Assembly: GCA_028679985.1 (NCBI GenBank)
Contig: JAJRAH010000107.1
Location: 1-36,691 of the forward strand
Source of the DNA: Methanomassiliicoccales archaeon
GTDB lineage: Archaea; Thermoplasmatota; Thermoplasmata; Methanomassiliicoccales; JACIVX01
DNA length: 36,691 nucleotides
Direction of reading: 5' to 3'
Below are positions 16,185-23,520 of this stretch, one piece after another (the first letter of the stretch is position 1; every line of letters starts with the position of its first letter). Below the pieces are notes generated by a model. It saw only the letters and a list, made by a program, of their open reading frames with translations, had not been told where the DNA came from and made no database searches. A program made the position numbers and the translations under genes.

Positions 16185-16530
16185 CTTGGCGGAATTCGCT
16201 ATGAAAGCTAATAAGCATTATGGGATGATAGAAGACTCGGTAAAGTATCTATATGAGTTGCTCACAGACCACTTCTGAACGATGTCATGACAGGTGTCAT
16301 AATAACCTATGAGACTCGGTACAGAGACACCTTGAGTCTGGCAGAGGTGTCCGCGGGAGGCGCGAGATTGCAGCGAGACACCGAAGTGACTTCCCGACCA
16401 AAGTCCGCGAGTGAGATCGTGGAGATCGAATGACGCTCAAGCTGGACATCGTCCGATTCGCACTATGTTCAGAAAGGTTGCTGAGTGACGACAGAATAGG
16501 TCGATTGTTCTATCGACGGAGGATACGAAT

Positions 16531-17493
16531 GTGAACGCAACGAGCGGCGTGGATCTCGCGACGCACGGAATTTCGCCCGTGAATACCTTCACGGCGATGG
16601 GCTGGGCGATGATCCGGTTGGCTCGTCCCCACATGTTTGTCGCCGGGGCGCTGCTCTACGGAATTGGAGTTGCACTCGCCAGCTCCTATGCGGGGTCGGT
16701 CGATCTCGGACTCGCATTTTCCGGACTGTTTGCAGTGTTCTTCGGACAAATCTCGGGACAGATAGCGAATGACTACTGGGACATGAAGGGGGACGATAGC
16801 TCGAAGCGGACCTTCTTCTCCGGGGGGAGCGGAATCCTAACTAGAGGGATTCTCCGGCCTCAGACAGCTTTGAAAGGCGCCATTGTATCTTGTGTGTTTG
16901 CTGCGCTTCTCGGGATTATCATAGTTCTTTGGTATGGCGCAGGGATATTCACTGTGCCAATAATCCTCGGAGGGACATTGGGAGGATGGCTCTACTCTGC
17001 CGAGCCGATCAGACTTGTATCCACAGGGCTTGGTGAAGTTGTCGTTTCCGGCATAGTCTCCTACTTCCCGATCGTCGCGGGATTCTACATCCAGACTGAC
17101 ACGCTGGCCCTCGACACAATCATTGTTGGCGCCCTTCTCACGATGTTCCTGTTTCCAGTGTTCCTCAGCGTTGAGTTCCCTGACTACGATGCCGATGAGA
17201 GATCGAGGAAACGGAATCTTCTGGTTCGATTCGGACTACGCTCCACGACTAGATTGTACGCAGCTACGATGCTCCTCCCATATCTCGTGCTCTTCGCATT
17301 TGTCTCGGTGGGATGGATCACGCCGCTTGCCCTCGTTATCTTGGCCACGATGCCTCTCGCCATGTTCGGAGCCTCAAGAGCATTGAGACTGTCAAGAGCG
17401 GACTTCAAAGATGCAGCCTTTGTCACAATGACGAGCATGGTCGTTATCGTGATGACGATGGCTCTGATGCTATTCTCCTTGATCTTTGACTGA
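16531..17493 (+). CDS. UbiA-family prenyltransferase (MenA-like)
   Basis: Polytopic membrane protein with a first Asp-rich motif 'NDYWDMKGDD' and a second motif 'EFPDYDADERSRKRNL'. GTG start at 16531; ATG 16597 is an alternative. Confidence 0.85.
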   Translation: MNATSGVDLATHGISPVNTFTAMGWAMIRLARPHMFVAGALLYGIGVALASSYAGSVDLGLAFSGLFAVFFGQISGQIANDYWDMKGDDSSKRTFFSGGSGILTRGILRPQTALKGAIVSCVFAALLGIIIVLWYGAGIFTVPIILGGTLGGWLYSAEPIRLVSTGLGEVVVSGIVSYFPIVAGFYIQTDTLALDTIIVGALLTMFLFPVFLSVEFPDYDADERSRKRNLLVRFGLRSTTRLYAATMLLPYLVLFAFVSVGWITPLALVILATMPLAMFGASRALRLSRADFKDAAFVTMTSMVVIVMTMALMLFSLIFD

Positions 17494-17653
17494 TGGTCCG
17501 CAATCTGTAGTGTCCACTCTGCAGAACGTCGTGGACGACACCTCGGATAGTTTAGGCGGTCTGACAGACGTGACAAAATCAGAACTCGTTCGATCTCTGG
17601 ACGAAAGTATGGGCGGTCAACGCCTCGACTATTCTTCACCGCAAGTCTGCAAG

Positions 17654-17878
17654 TCACTGGATCTTTGTCAAGAAGTAGCCAGCAGACTTGTCCCTTGCCT
17701 TGCGCTTTGCATAGCCCTTCTTCTCGAGTTCCTGCAGGGCGTTCATCGTCTGGGCCTTAGGAAGCTTCGCCATGTTAGTTATCCTCTGAGCGTCCATCAT
17801 CTTGTCTTCACTCACTAGCCCTGCCGCCATCATTACTTTGAAGACCTTCTCTGCATTGGTAGTCAGTCCCTCAGGCAT
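17654..17878 (-). CDS. Small winged-helix DNA-binding protein (74 aa)
   Basis: Start taken at ATG 17878 (MPEGLTTNAEK...), because 'TTAATAAA' and 'TTTATATAAG' TATA-like elements lie 25-45 nt upstream on the minus strand. The 42 upstream codons of the track ORF look non-coding. 'ITNMAKLPKAQTMNALQELEKKGYAKRKARDKSAGYFLT' is an HTH plus wing. Confidence 0.55.
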   Translation of the reverse strand: MPEGLTTNAEKVFKVMMAAGLVSEDKMMDAQRITNMAKLPKAQTMNALQELEKKGYAKRKARDKSAGYFLTKIQ

Positions 17879-18244
17879 GCGGAGAGAGTGTGAACGGGAG
17901 TTTATTAATCTTGTGGTCTTATATAAACAGTGGATGTTCTGAGAATCGCTCCTCAAAGCAATGGTTTCCCAAGGAATCGAACGACGACGAATTGACAGTA
18001 TCATCTGGCCTCAATGCTCGCATTCACAATGGCTTTATATTACTTGTGCTACGTATCAAATTTCCAAGAGAAGATGAACAAGAAAATGTGGAGCTGTCAT
18101 GTCTGAAATTACATACATTTTGGGGTCAAGGGACCGAAGGTATGTCCGACCTGCGGTGCAAAGGACGCGTTTGTCCTCGTCGACAACCCCGAATCGCTCA
18201 GAGTCATCGGTGACTATGGAGGGAAGATCGAGACAGTCGAGGGC

Positions 18245-18496
18245 ATGATCAGTGCATGGGAGAGTTTCATCGAGGGTAAGGAATTCAAGCTCAGCGAGGA
18301 TCGGGAGATGGTTCGCACTCTGGCCGTTGGCGAACTTGAGAACATGAAGAACAAGGGGTTCAAGTACTGTCCGTGCAGGATAACGACGGGAGACTTCGAG
18401 AAGGATCTGAACCTCATCTGTCCCTGCAATTTCCTGGTACAGAAGACGTGGAAGGAATACGGCGAGTGTTGGTGCGGTCTATTCGTCAAGAGGTGA
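18245..18496 (+). CDS. Ferredoxin:thioredoxin reductase catalytic-subunit-like protein (FTR-like)
   Basis: 'KYCPCRITTGDFEKDLNLICPCNFLVQKTWKEYGECWCGLFV' carries the CPC...CPC...CxC Cys pattern of the FTR catalytic chain. The frame stays open upstream to 18107 without a canonical start codon (see findings). Confidence 0.8.
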   Translation: MISAWESFIEGKEFKLSEDREMVRTLAVGELENMKNKGFKYCPCRITTGDFEKDLNLICPCNFLVQKTWKEYGECWCGLFVKR

Positions 18497-18500
18497 CGGC

Positions 18501-18794
18501 ATGGTCAATGAAGTCGGGAAGAGACTCATCTGGTTCATGGGGAGGGAATGCCCCCACTGCAAGCAGACGCGGCCAGTGGTGGACAGGCTGATCTCCGAGA
18601 CGGGAGTGGAGATAACGGAGCTCGAGGTTTGGCACAATGAGGAGAACGCTAGGTTCATGCGCAAGCTTGGGGATGCAATTTCGAAGGCGTGCGGCGGAGA
18701 CCTCGGAGTACCGAGTTTCTTCAACGAGAAGACTGGAAAAGCGATCTGCGGCCGAATCGCCTATGAGAATCTGAAGAAGTGGGCCCTCGAGTGA
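18501..18794 (+). CDS. Thioredoxin/glutaredoxin-fold protein (CPHC active site)
   Basis: 97 aa. 'LIWFMGRECPHCKQTRPVV' is the redox motif, and '...GVPSFF' is the cis-Pro loop typical of the Trx fold. It starts 4 nt after the FTR-like gene stop. Confidence 0.8.
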   Translation: MVNEVGKRLIWFMGRECPHCKQTRPVVDRLISETGVEITELEVWHNEENARFMRKLGDAISKACGGDLGVPSFFNEKTGKAICGRIAYENLKKWALE

Positions 18795-18869
18795 GGTTCT
18801 CGATGTGCGAGAACCACTGCATGCGCAAACGATATTATTATCTGCTTCGATGGCGAGCTAGATAGTGAC

Positions 18870-19157
18870 ATGCAGTACATTACGGCCGAGCTCAAGGTCA
18901 AAGGCGGGAAACTAGTGAGGGTCAGAGTAGCTTTCGATGAAAGCATCGTGTTTCAGGTCCAGATAACCGGAGACTTCTTCATCCATCCTGAGGAAGGACT
19001 CGATGCCATCGAGAACGTCTTTATCGGTATGCGAGTACCCCCATCTCCGAGCGAGATCGAGAGGCTGGTAAATGAGGTCGTCACAAGAGGCAACATGAAG
19101 ATAATGGGGTTCTCGCCGAATGACCTGGCGGCGCTTGTTGCAGGGGCATTCGCATGA
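18870..19157 (+). CDS. lplB: Lipoate-protein ligase accessory subunit (free-standing LplA C-terminal domain, LplB-like)
   Basis: 95 aa. 'KGGKLVRVRVAFDE...VQITGDFFIHPEEGLDAIENVFIGM' matches the C-terminal domain of LplA. Its stop overlaps the lplA ATG (ATGA at 19154-19157), the arrangement described for Thermoplasma acidophilum. Confidence 0.8.
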   Translation: MQYITAELKVKGGKLVRVRVAFDESIVFQVQITGDFFIHPEEGLDAIENVFIGMRVPPSPSEIERLVNEVVTRGNMKIMGFSPNDLAALVAGAFA

Positions 19158-19900
19158 AGTGGAGAGTTGTAGACTTCGAATATTGGAATGCATGGATGAA
19201 CATGGCCTTGGACGAAGCGATCGGAGAGGCCGTCGGATCGGGCAGGTCGCCTTCCACCATTCGCTTCTATGGCTGGAATCCGAGCGCGGTTTCGATCGGC
19301 TGCTTCCAGAGCATCAAAGACGAGGTTGACCTCGAGGCGTGCAGAAGGATGGGGGTAGACATCGTCAGAAGGAGGACCGGCGGTGGCGCGGTCTATCATG
19401 ACAGGGAAGGAGAGATCACATACAGCGTGATAGCTCCCGAAGAAATGGTGCAGAAGGACATCAACAAAGCATACGAGACCATATGCGGTTGGATCGTTGA
19501 CGCGCTCGATCTGATGGAGATCACAGCGAATATCATCCCAATCAACGACATACTTGTGGAAGGGAGGAAGATTTCGGGGAGCGCCCAGACGAGAAGAGGC
19601 GGCGTTTTCCTCCAACACGGAACCCTGCTCTACAACATCTCTCCCGGAAAGATGTTCTCTGTTTTGAAGGTAGGGTGCACGAAGATCTCTGACAAGAACA
19701 TCGCTTCCTTCGAGGATCGTGTGACATCGATACTCAGGCACGCCAAGATCTCAAAGGACAAGGTGCTCCAGGAACTGCGCCGCTCTTTCACGAAAGGGAA
19801 GGAATGGGAGGCTGGTGTCTACACGGAAGAGGAGAGGAGGAGGGCGCGCCAGCTGGTTGTCGAGAGGTACTCCAAGGACGAATGGAACTTCAGCCGCTAG
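19154..19900 (+). CDS. lplA: Lipoate-protein ligase A, catalytic (N-terminal) domain only
   Basis: 248 aa. 'STIRFYGWNPSAVSIGCFQS', 'IVRRRTGGGAVYHD' and 'GRKISGSAQTRRGGVFLQHGTLL' (catalytic Lys) are BPL/LplA/LipB-family motifs. The protein ends where single-chain LplA would begin its C-terminal domain. Confidence 0.9.
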   Translation: MKWRVVDFEYWNAWMNMALDEAIGEAVGSGRSPSTIRFYGWNPSAVSIGCFQSIKDEVDLEACRRMGVDIVRRRTGGGAVYHDREGEITYSVIAPEEMVQKDINKAYETICGWIVDALDLMEITANIIPINDILVEGRKISGSAQTRRGGVFLQHGTLLYNISPGKMFSVLKVGCTKISDKNIASFEDRVTSILRHAKISKDKVLQELRRSFTKGKEWEAGVYTEEERRRARQLVVERYSKDEWNFSR

Positions 19901-20430
19901 AAGCTCATCAATATCAACGTCGGGTTCTCGAGATACCTTATAATGTCGTTCATGAACTTGGCCGCTTCCGCACCGTCCAGCACTCTGTGGTCGAATGACA
20001 AAGACAGCGGGAGAGTCTTCCCCATCTTCTCCACGACCTCCGAGAATTGAGCGGCCCCGAAATCGCGGAAGTCGTCTCTCGTTACGGAAGTCACAACAAC
20101 ATGATTCAACCCGAGCATGCCTGCGGCGTCCGCGATCCTGGTCGGTTCTTCCTCGTCGACTACTCCCTGAGGTTCGCCACTCTCCACGGCGCAGAATCTG
20201 CAGCTTCGCGTGCATACCTTTCCGAGTATCAGGAACGTTGCGTGGCTGCCACCCCAACGCTCCGAAATGTTGGGACAGGGGGAAGCATCGCAGACGGTCC
20301 TGACTCGATTCTCCGACAGTATCCTCCGAGTCCTTTCGAAACCGTTGGCATTGGGGGCTCTGATCTTTAACCAAGGCGGTTTCGATGTGATTGTTCCCTT
20401 TCGGTCTGGATTCGGAGACTCCGCAGCCAT
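19897..20430 (-). pseudogene. Chimeric remnant: lipoyl synthase (LipA) N-terminal ~135 aa fused in frame to the last ~38 aa of a 2-oxoacid dehydrogenase E2 acyltransferase
   Basis: Residues 1-135 are LipA-like: 'KPPWLKIRAP', 'VCDASPCPNISERW', 'ATFLILGKVCTRSCRFCAV' (radical-SAM CxxxCxxC) and 'VVVTSVTRDDFRDFGA'. The third Cys of the auxiliary-cluster CX4CX5C motif is Arg. From about residue 137 the sequence becomes 'GKTLPLSLSFDHRVLDGAEAAKFMNDIIRYLENPTLIL', the conserved C-terminal end (DHRxxDG active site) of E2 acyltransferases. The junction is at about 20013-20030. Confidence 0.7.
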
Positions 20431-20593
20431 CTGCGTTGTTATTGGACCCTAAGATTTGACTATCTTATTGATCGCACGGGGAAGAAGGTCCTGATGAGTC
20501 CTGCACGCTATGGGACCATCACATGACCGTGGCTTATCGAACCAAGGCATCGATTGAGTCTGGGTGGAAGAAAAAGGAGTTAAAGGAAAGGGT

Positions 20594-21211
20594 TTATTTC
20601 AATTTCGCAAGGAACTCGTCGTGCTTCAGCACCTCGCCCATGAGCGGGAAGAACTTCTCCTCAACGTACTTCTGCTCTTCTCCGGACATGGCTGCCGTGC
20701 AGTCCTTCAGCAGGAACACCTTGTATCCTCTGTCGTAGGCAGATCTCGCCGAGCCTTCGACACAGACATTCGTCAGGAATCCGGCAAAAGCGACGTTCTT
20801 GACGCAATTGACTCTGAGCAAGAAATCAATATTGCTCGAGTTGAATGCATCCAGAGTGCGCTTCCCGTCCACGACGATGTCCTGATTCGTCGGCTTCAGC
20901 TCGTCGATGATGGCCCCGCCCCAAGTTCCCTTTCTGAACGACTTGGACTTAGCAGCATTCACATGGATGGGTCCGAGAACGCCCTCGCATCCCGCATCTC
21001 GGTAGTCCTCCTCGAAAAGGATCGGGCAGATCAGCGTTAGGCACTTGCCTCTCGCCTTCTTGATGCAATCAGCAGCGTTCTTGATCGTCCCCTGTTTCGC
21101 AATCTGATCCTTCACAGCGCCGTAGAGTCCTCCGCCTTCCTTGCAGAAATCGTTCTGAAACTCGATGAACACTATGGCCGTCTCGCTCGCTTTCAAGGTC
21201 TCCATATTCAC
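20594..21211 (-). CDS. Isochorismatase-family cysteine hydrolase
   Basis: 205 aa. 'TAIVFIEFQNDFCKEGG' is the catalytic Asp region, and 'NVAFAGFLTNVCVEGSARSAYDRGYKV' is the catalytic Cys motif. Confidence 0.85.
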   Translation of the reverse strand: MNMETLKASETAIVFIEFQNDFCKEGGGLYGAVKDQIAKQGTIKNAADCIKKARGKCLTLICPILFEEDYRDAGCEGVLGPIHVNAAKSKSFRKGTWGGAIIDELKPTNQDIVVDGKRTLDAFNSSNIDFLLRVNCVKNVAFAGFLTNVCVEGSARSAYDRGYKVFLLKDCTAAMSGEEQKYVEEKFFPLMGEVLKHDEFLAKLK

Positions 21212-21326
21212 CCCCCTTGTAGGTAGAATAGAATCGCGACGGACTTAAACATTGCGAGGAAGGGATGCAATTCGGTTGTCCACACCGACAATACGTTTCT
21301 TGGCCAGAAGGGCGCTTCTCGAATAG

Positions 21327-21335
21327 TTATAAATA
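21327..21335 (+). promoter_or_regulatory. TATA box of the SRP RNA gene
   Basis: 'TTATAAATA' is centred about 24 nt upstream of the G-run where the RNA 5' helix begins (21352-21356). Confidence 0.5.
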
Positions 21336-21351
21336 GGTCGATGGCTTAATT

Positions 21352-21672
21352 GGGGGTGCTAGGCTTGACCGGGACGTTCGGCGTGTCCTTGTACACCGAA
21401 ATCGTCGACAGCGGGGGTGACAGCAGGAGACGTCGTAAACGGGGCGGTGAAGGCCCTTTCGTCGACAGTGAGGCTCTGTCCTTCGGGGCTGGTGGCAGTA
21501 TCGTGGTGCCGCTGGAGGGCGGCATCCCTTGCTCTGATCATGGGGAAAGGGTCAGGCCCTGACGGGAGCAGCCTAACCGTGGACTACCGACGCTCGAAGG
21601 GTCACGGGGCTGAGAAGGCGATCGGACAACCTTCATCGGACCGAGCGGCAACTCCTGCGGCCTAGCACTCTT
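21352..21672 (+). ncRNA. ffs: Signal recognition particle RNA (archaeal 7S RNA)
   Basis: GC-rich region of about 320 nt with only short, mutually overlapping ORFs. The 5' end GTGCTAGGC (21356-21364) pairs with GCCTAGCAC (21660-21668), closing the molecule. The 5' domain 'CUAGGC..GGGACGUUCGGCGUGUCCUUGUACACCGAAAUCG' closely resembles the Alu-domain helices 3/4 of archaeal 7S RNAs (compare the M. jannaschii 'CUAGGCCGGGGGGUUCGGCGUCCCCUGUAACCGGAAACCG', quoted from memory). 'GGGAGCAGCC' (21564-21573) matches the conserved helix-8 AGCA asymmetric loop bound by SRP54. Confidence 0.82.
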
Positions 21673-21682
21673 CCTATTCTCA

Positions 21683-22774
21683 TCATCTACGCGGACCGCC
21701 GACACCTGGCATCGAGGGCTTGCAGCCAGTTATGGAATCCCTATCGAAGTCGAAGAGGACCGCCTTCCTGTCACCATCTCTTATCACGAAAAGATTCGAA
21801 TCCTCGATCTTGCCCACAACGGCACCAGTCACCTCGACTTCCGAGAACATCTCGATGACTTTGGTGGAATTGTCAGGATCACATGTTAGCACGAATCCGC
21901 AGCCCTGGTATGCTTTCAGCCACTGATTGAAGTCCACATTCTCCGGCTTTGGGATAGCATCAAGGTCAACGGTCGCTCCCTTTCCGCTGGTTTCCAATAG
22001 CATTCCCAGACTGCCCAGCATGCCGGGATTGCTGATGTCTTTGCCAGAAGTGACCAGATGCTTCTTGCCTATCTCGTTCATCACTAGCATCTGTTTCCTC
22101 ACGAGCTCCTCGCTCTTGATGGAGGTCGTGTCCCATGCGTAGGGTAGGTTTCCTGGGAAGAAACCCTTGGTGTCCACAGCGACGATGACGTCCTCACCGA
22201 CCTTAGCCGTGTGACTGTAAATTACCTCGTCCTTCGCAGCCGTGCCGAGGATCGCGACGTCGATGGCGTGATAGTCGCAATCGGGATGAGTGTGGCCTCC
22301 CACTACAGGTACGCCAAACTTCCTCACCGCTGCCTCGACTCCTTTCATCACTTGGGCGCAGATCTTCTCGTCCTTCATCGAGATTACGTCGACCATCGCC
22401 AACGGTATCCCCCCCATGGCAGAGATGTCGTTGATGTTGACCAGGACAGAGAAGTAGCCTGCGTAGTACGGGTTGGTCTTCATCAAAGGTTCCATTATCC
22501 CGTCGGCAGCGAGGAGAAGCACAGAGTCACCGTATTCTATGACTGCGGCATCCTCCCCGTAGGAGGCTAGGACATTGGATTGGTACACCCTCGGAAAGAA
22601 GTTGATGACTCCCGAGATTAGTCGTTTCCGCGTGATTCCTGGATACGCCCTGAGGTCTGATACCAAAGCCTCAATGTCCATGCTCCTTAGAATGGACTCT
22701 GTGGATAAATAGCTTCTCGAAATCCTGACGTCTTTCCAAATGCCAGGTGGAATGATGGGAAATGCAAACCTCAA
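21683..22774 (-). CDS. AIR synthase-related (PurM-superfamily) protein, archaeal COG2144-like
   Basis: 'SYGEDAAVIEYGDSVLLLAADGI' and 'NINDISAMGGIPLAMVDVI' are N-domain motifs of the PurM/ThiL/HypE/SelD fold. 'VPVVGGHTHPD' and a C-terminal PurM_C-like domain are also present. Start is either TTG 22774 (TTGA overlap with the upstream stop) or ATG 22681. Confidence 0.78.
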   Translation of the reverse strand: MRFAFPIIPPGIWKDVRISRSYLSTESILRSMDIEALVSDLRAYPGITRKRLISGVINFFPRVYQSNVLASYGEDAAVIEYGDSVLLLAADGIMEPLMKTNPYYAGYFSVLVNINDISAMGGIPLAMVDVISMKDEKICAQVMKGVEAAVRKFGVPVVGGHTHPDCDYHAIDVAILGTAAKDEVIYSHTAKVGEDVIVAVDTKGFFPGNLPYAWDTTSIKSEELVRKQMLVMNEIGKKHLVTSGKDISNPGMLGSLGMLLETSGKGATVDLDAIPKPENVDFNQWLKAYQGCGFVLTCDPDNSTKVIEMFSEVEVTGAVVGKIEDSNLFVIRDGDRKAVLFDFDRDSITGCKPSMPGVGGPRR

Positions 22775-23352
22775 GGAGATAGTCGCGTCTGGGTAGTCTC
22801 CCTGATTAGTCTACCCGCATCGAGGGATTCGACAACTATTGTCACAAGTATCTCCGTCCCTGCTTCCCTGAGTCCTTCTTCCTCGATGAGATATGCCTTG
22901 GAGCTGTCCGGTATCCTGAAACCAGCTCTGACCAGAATCCTCTTGGCTTCCTGTCTCTCTTCTGAACTGGCTTGTCGACCGGGTGGCTGGCCAGTCACTC
23001 CCGCCTTCTTGAGTTCGTCGAAGAAGATTGCTCGCCTGAATATCCTGGACAGAAGGTAAAGGATCAAAGCATTTGCCTTCTCCCCTTCGGACATCTCTCT
23101 GACTTTCTGTCCGACAACTTCGTAGATGTCTCGTTCCAGAGGTTTAATGGGGATGTATATCTTCGCTGGAGGGACCTCTCTTTCCTTTAGAATTCTGATG
23201 TCCGTCAGCGCTCTCAGGTATCCGGTGAGTATGAGGCGGTGAAGATTGTAGCCCTTGCCCTCTAATTCCCTTGAGAGGGCGCTTATCGATTTTCCCTCCC
23301 CCCCGAGAATTTCGAAGATGGCGCGTCTGAGGTCTTCCTCTGGACTGAACAT
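22771..23352 (-). CDS. Hypothetical protein with N-terminal winged-helix domain
   Basis: 193 aa. 'AIFEILGGEGKSISALSRELEGKGYNLHRLILTGYLRALTDIRILKERE' looks like a wHTH; the remainder is unrecognised. It is translationally coupled to the downstream AIR-synthase-related gene. Confidence 0.6.
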   Translation of the reverse strand: MFSPEEDLRRAIFEILGGEGKSISALSRELEGKGYNLHRLILTGYLRALTDIRILKEREVPPAKIYIPIKPLERDIYEVVGQKVREMSEGEKANALILYLLSRIFRRAIFFDELKKAGVTGQPPGRQASSEERQEAKRILVRAGFRIPDSSKAYLIEEEGLREAGTEILVTIVVESLDAGRLIRETTQTRLSP

Positions 23353-23358
23353 CTGATT

Positions 23359-23382
23359 ACAGATATGGTAACAGATATGGTA
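23359..23382. repeat. Perfect tandem direct repeat 2 x 12 bp (ACAGATATGGTA) in the promoter/5' leader of the wHTH gene
   Basis: Units at 23359-23370 and 23371-23382 are identical. On the minus strand they lie between 'TTTTTATTTA' (TATA-like, 23381-23390) and the ATG at 23352. Confidence 0.9.
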
Positions 23383-23520
23383 AATAAAAAGCCTTCTTAT
23401 AGCCGTTAAGTTTTAACAGATTGAGTTCAAAAATGCCTTTAAACTGAACCACAAATAACTACCGTACCTTGTAGCAGGGATGCGGAGTCTATCATAGTAT
23501 CCCTTTTCAGACGTGATGAC

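Noticed and set aside
16223-16277. Possible C/D-box sRNA ('GATGATA' ... 'CTGA') at the start of the 16185-16530 spacer
   Set aside because: The C-box is imperfect (AUGAUA instead of UGAUGA). The internal D'/C' candidates are poor. The spacing alone is not convincing.
18953-19741. 262-aa minus-strand ORF (plus 19751..20374 and 23608..24303) opposite lplB/lplA, the LipA remnant and nrdD
   Set aside because: All lie antisense to genes with clear catalytic motifs. Their products are low-complexity and lack recognisable domains.
20491-20560. Possible C/D-box sRNA: 'CTGATGAG' C-box-like sequence in the spacer between the LipA remnant and the isochorismatase gene
   Set aside because: No CUGA D box, and no C'/D' pair, occurs at the required 50-70 nt spacing on either strand.
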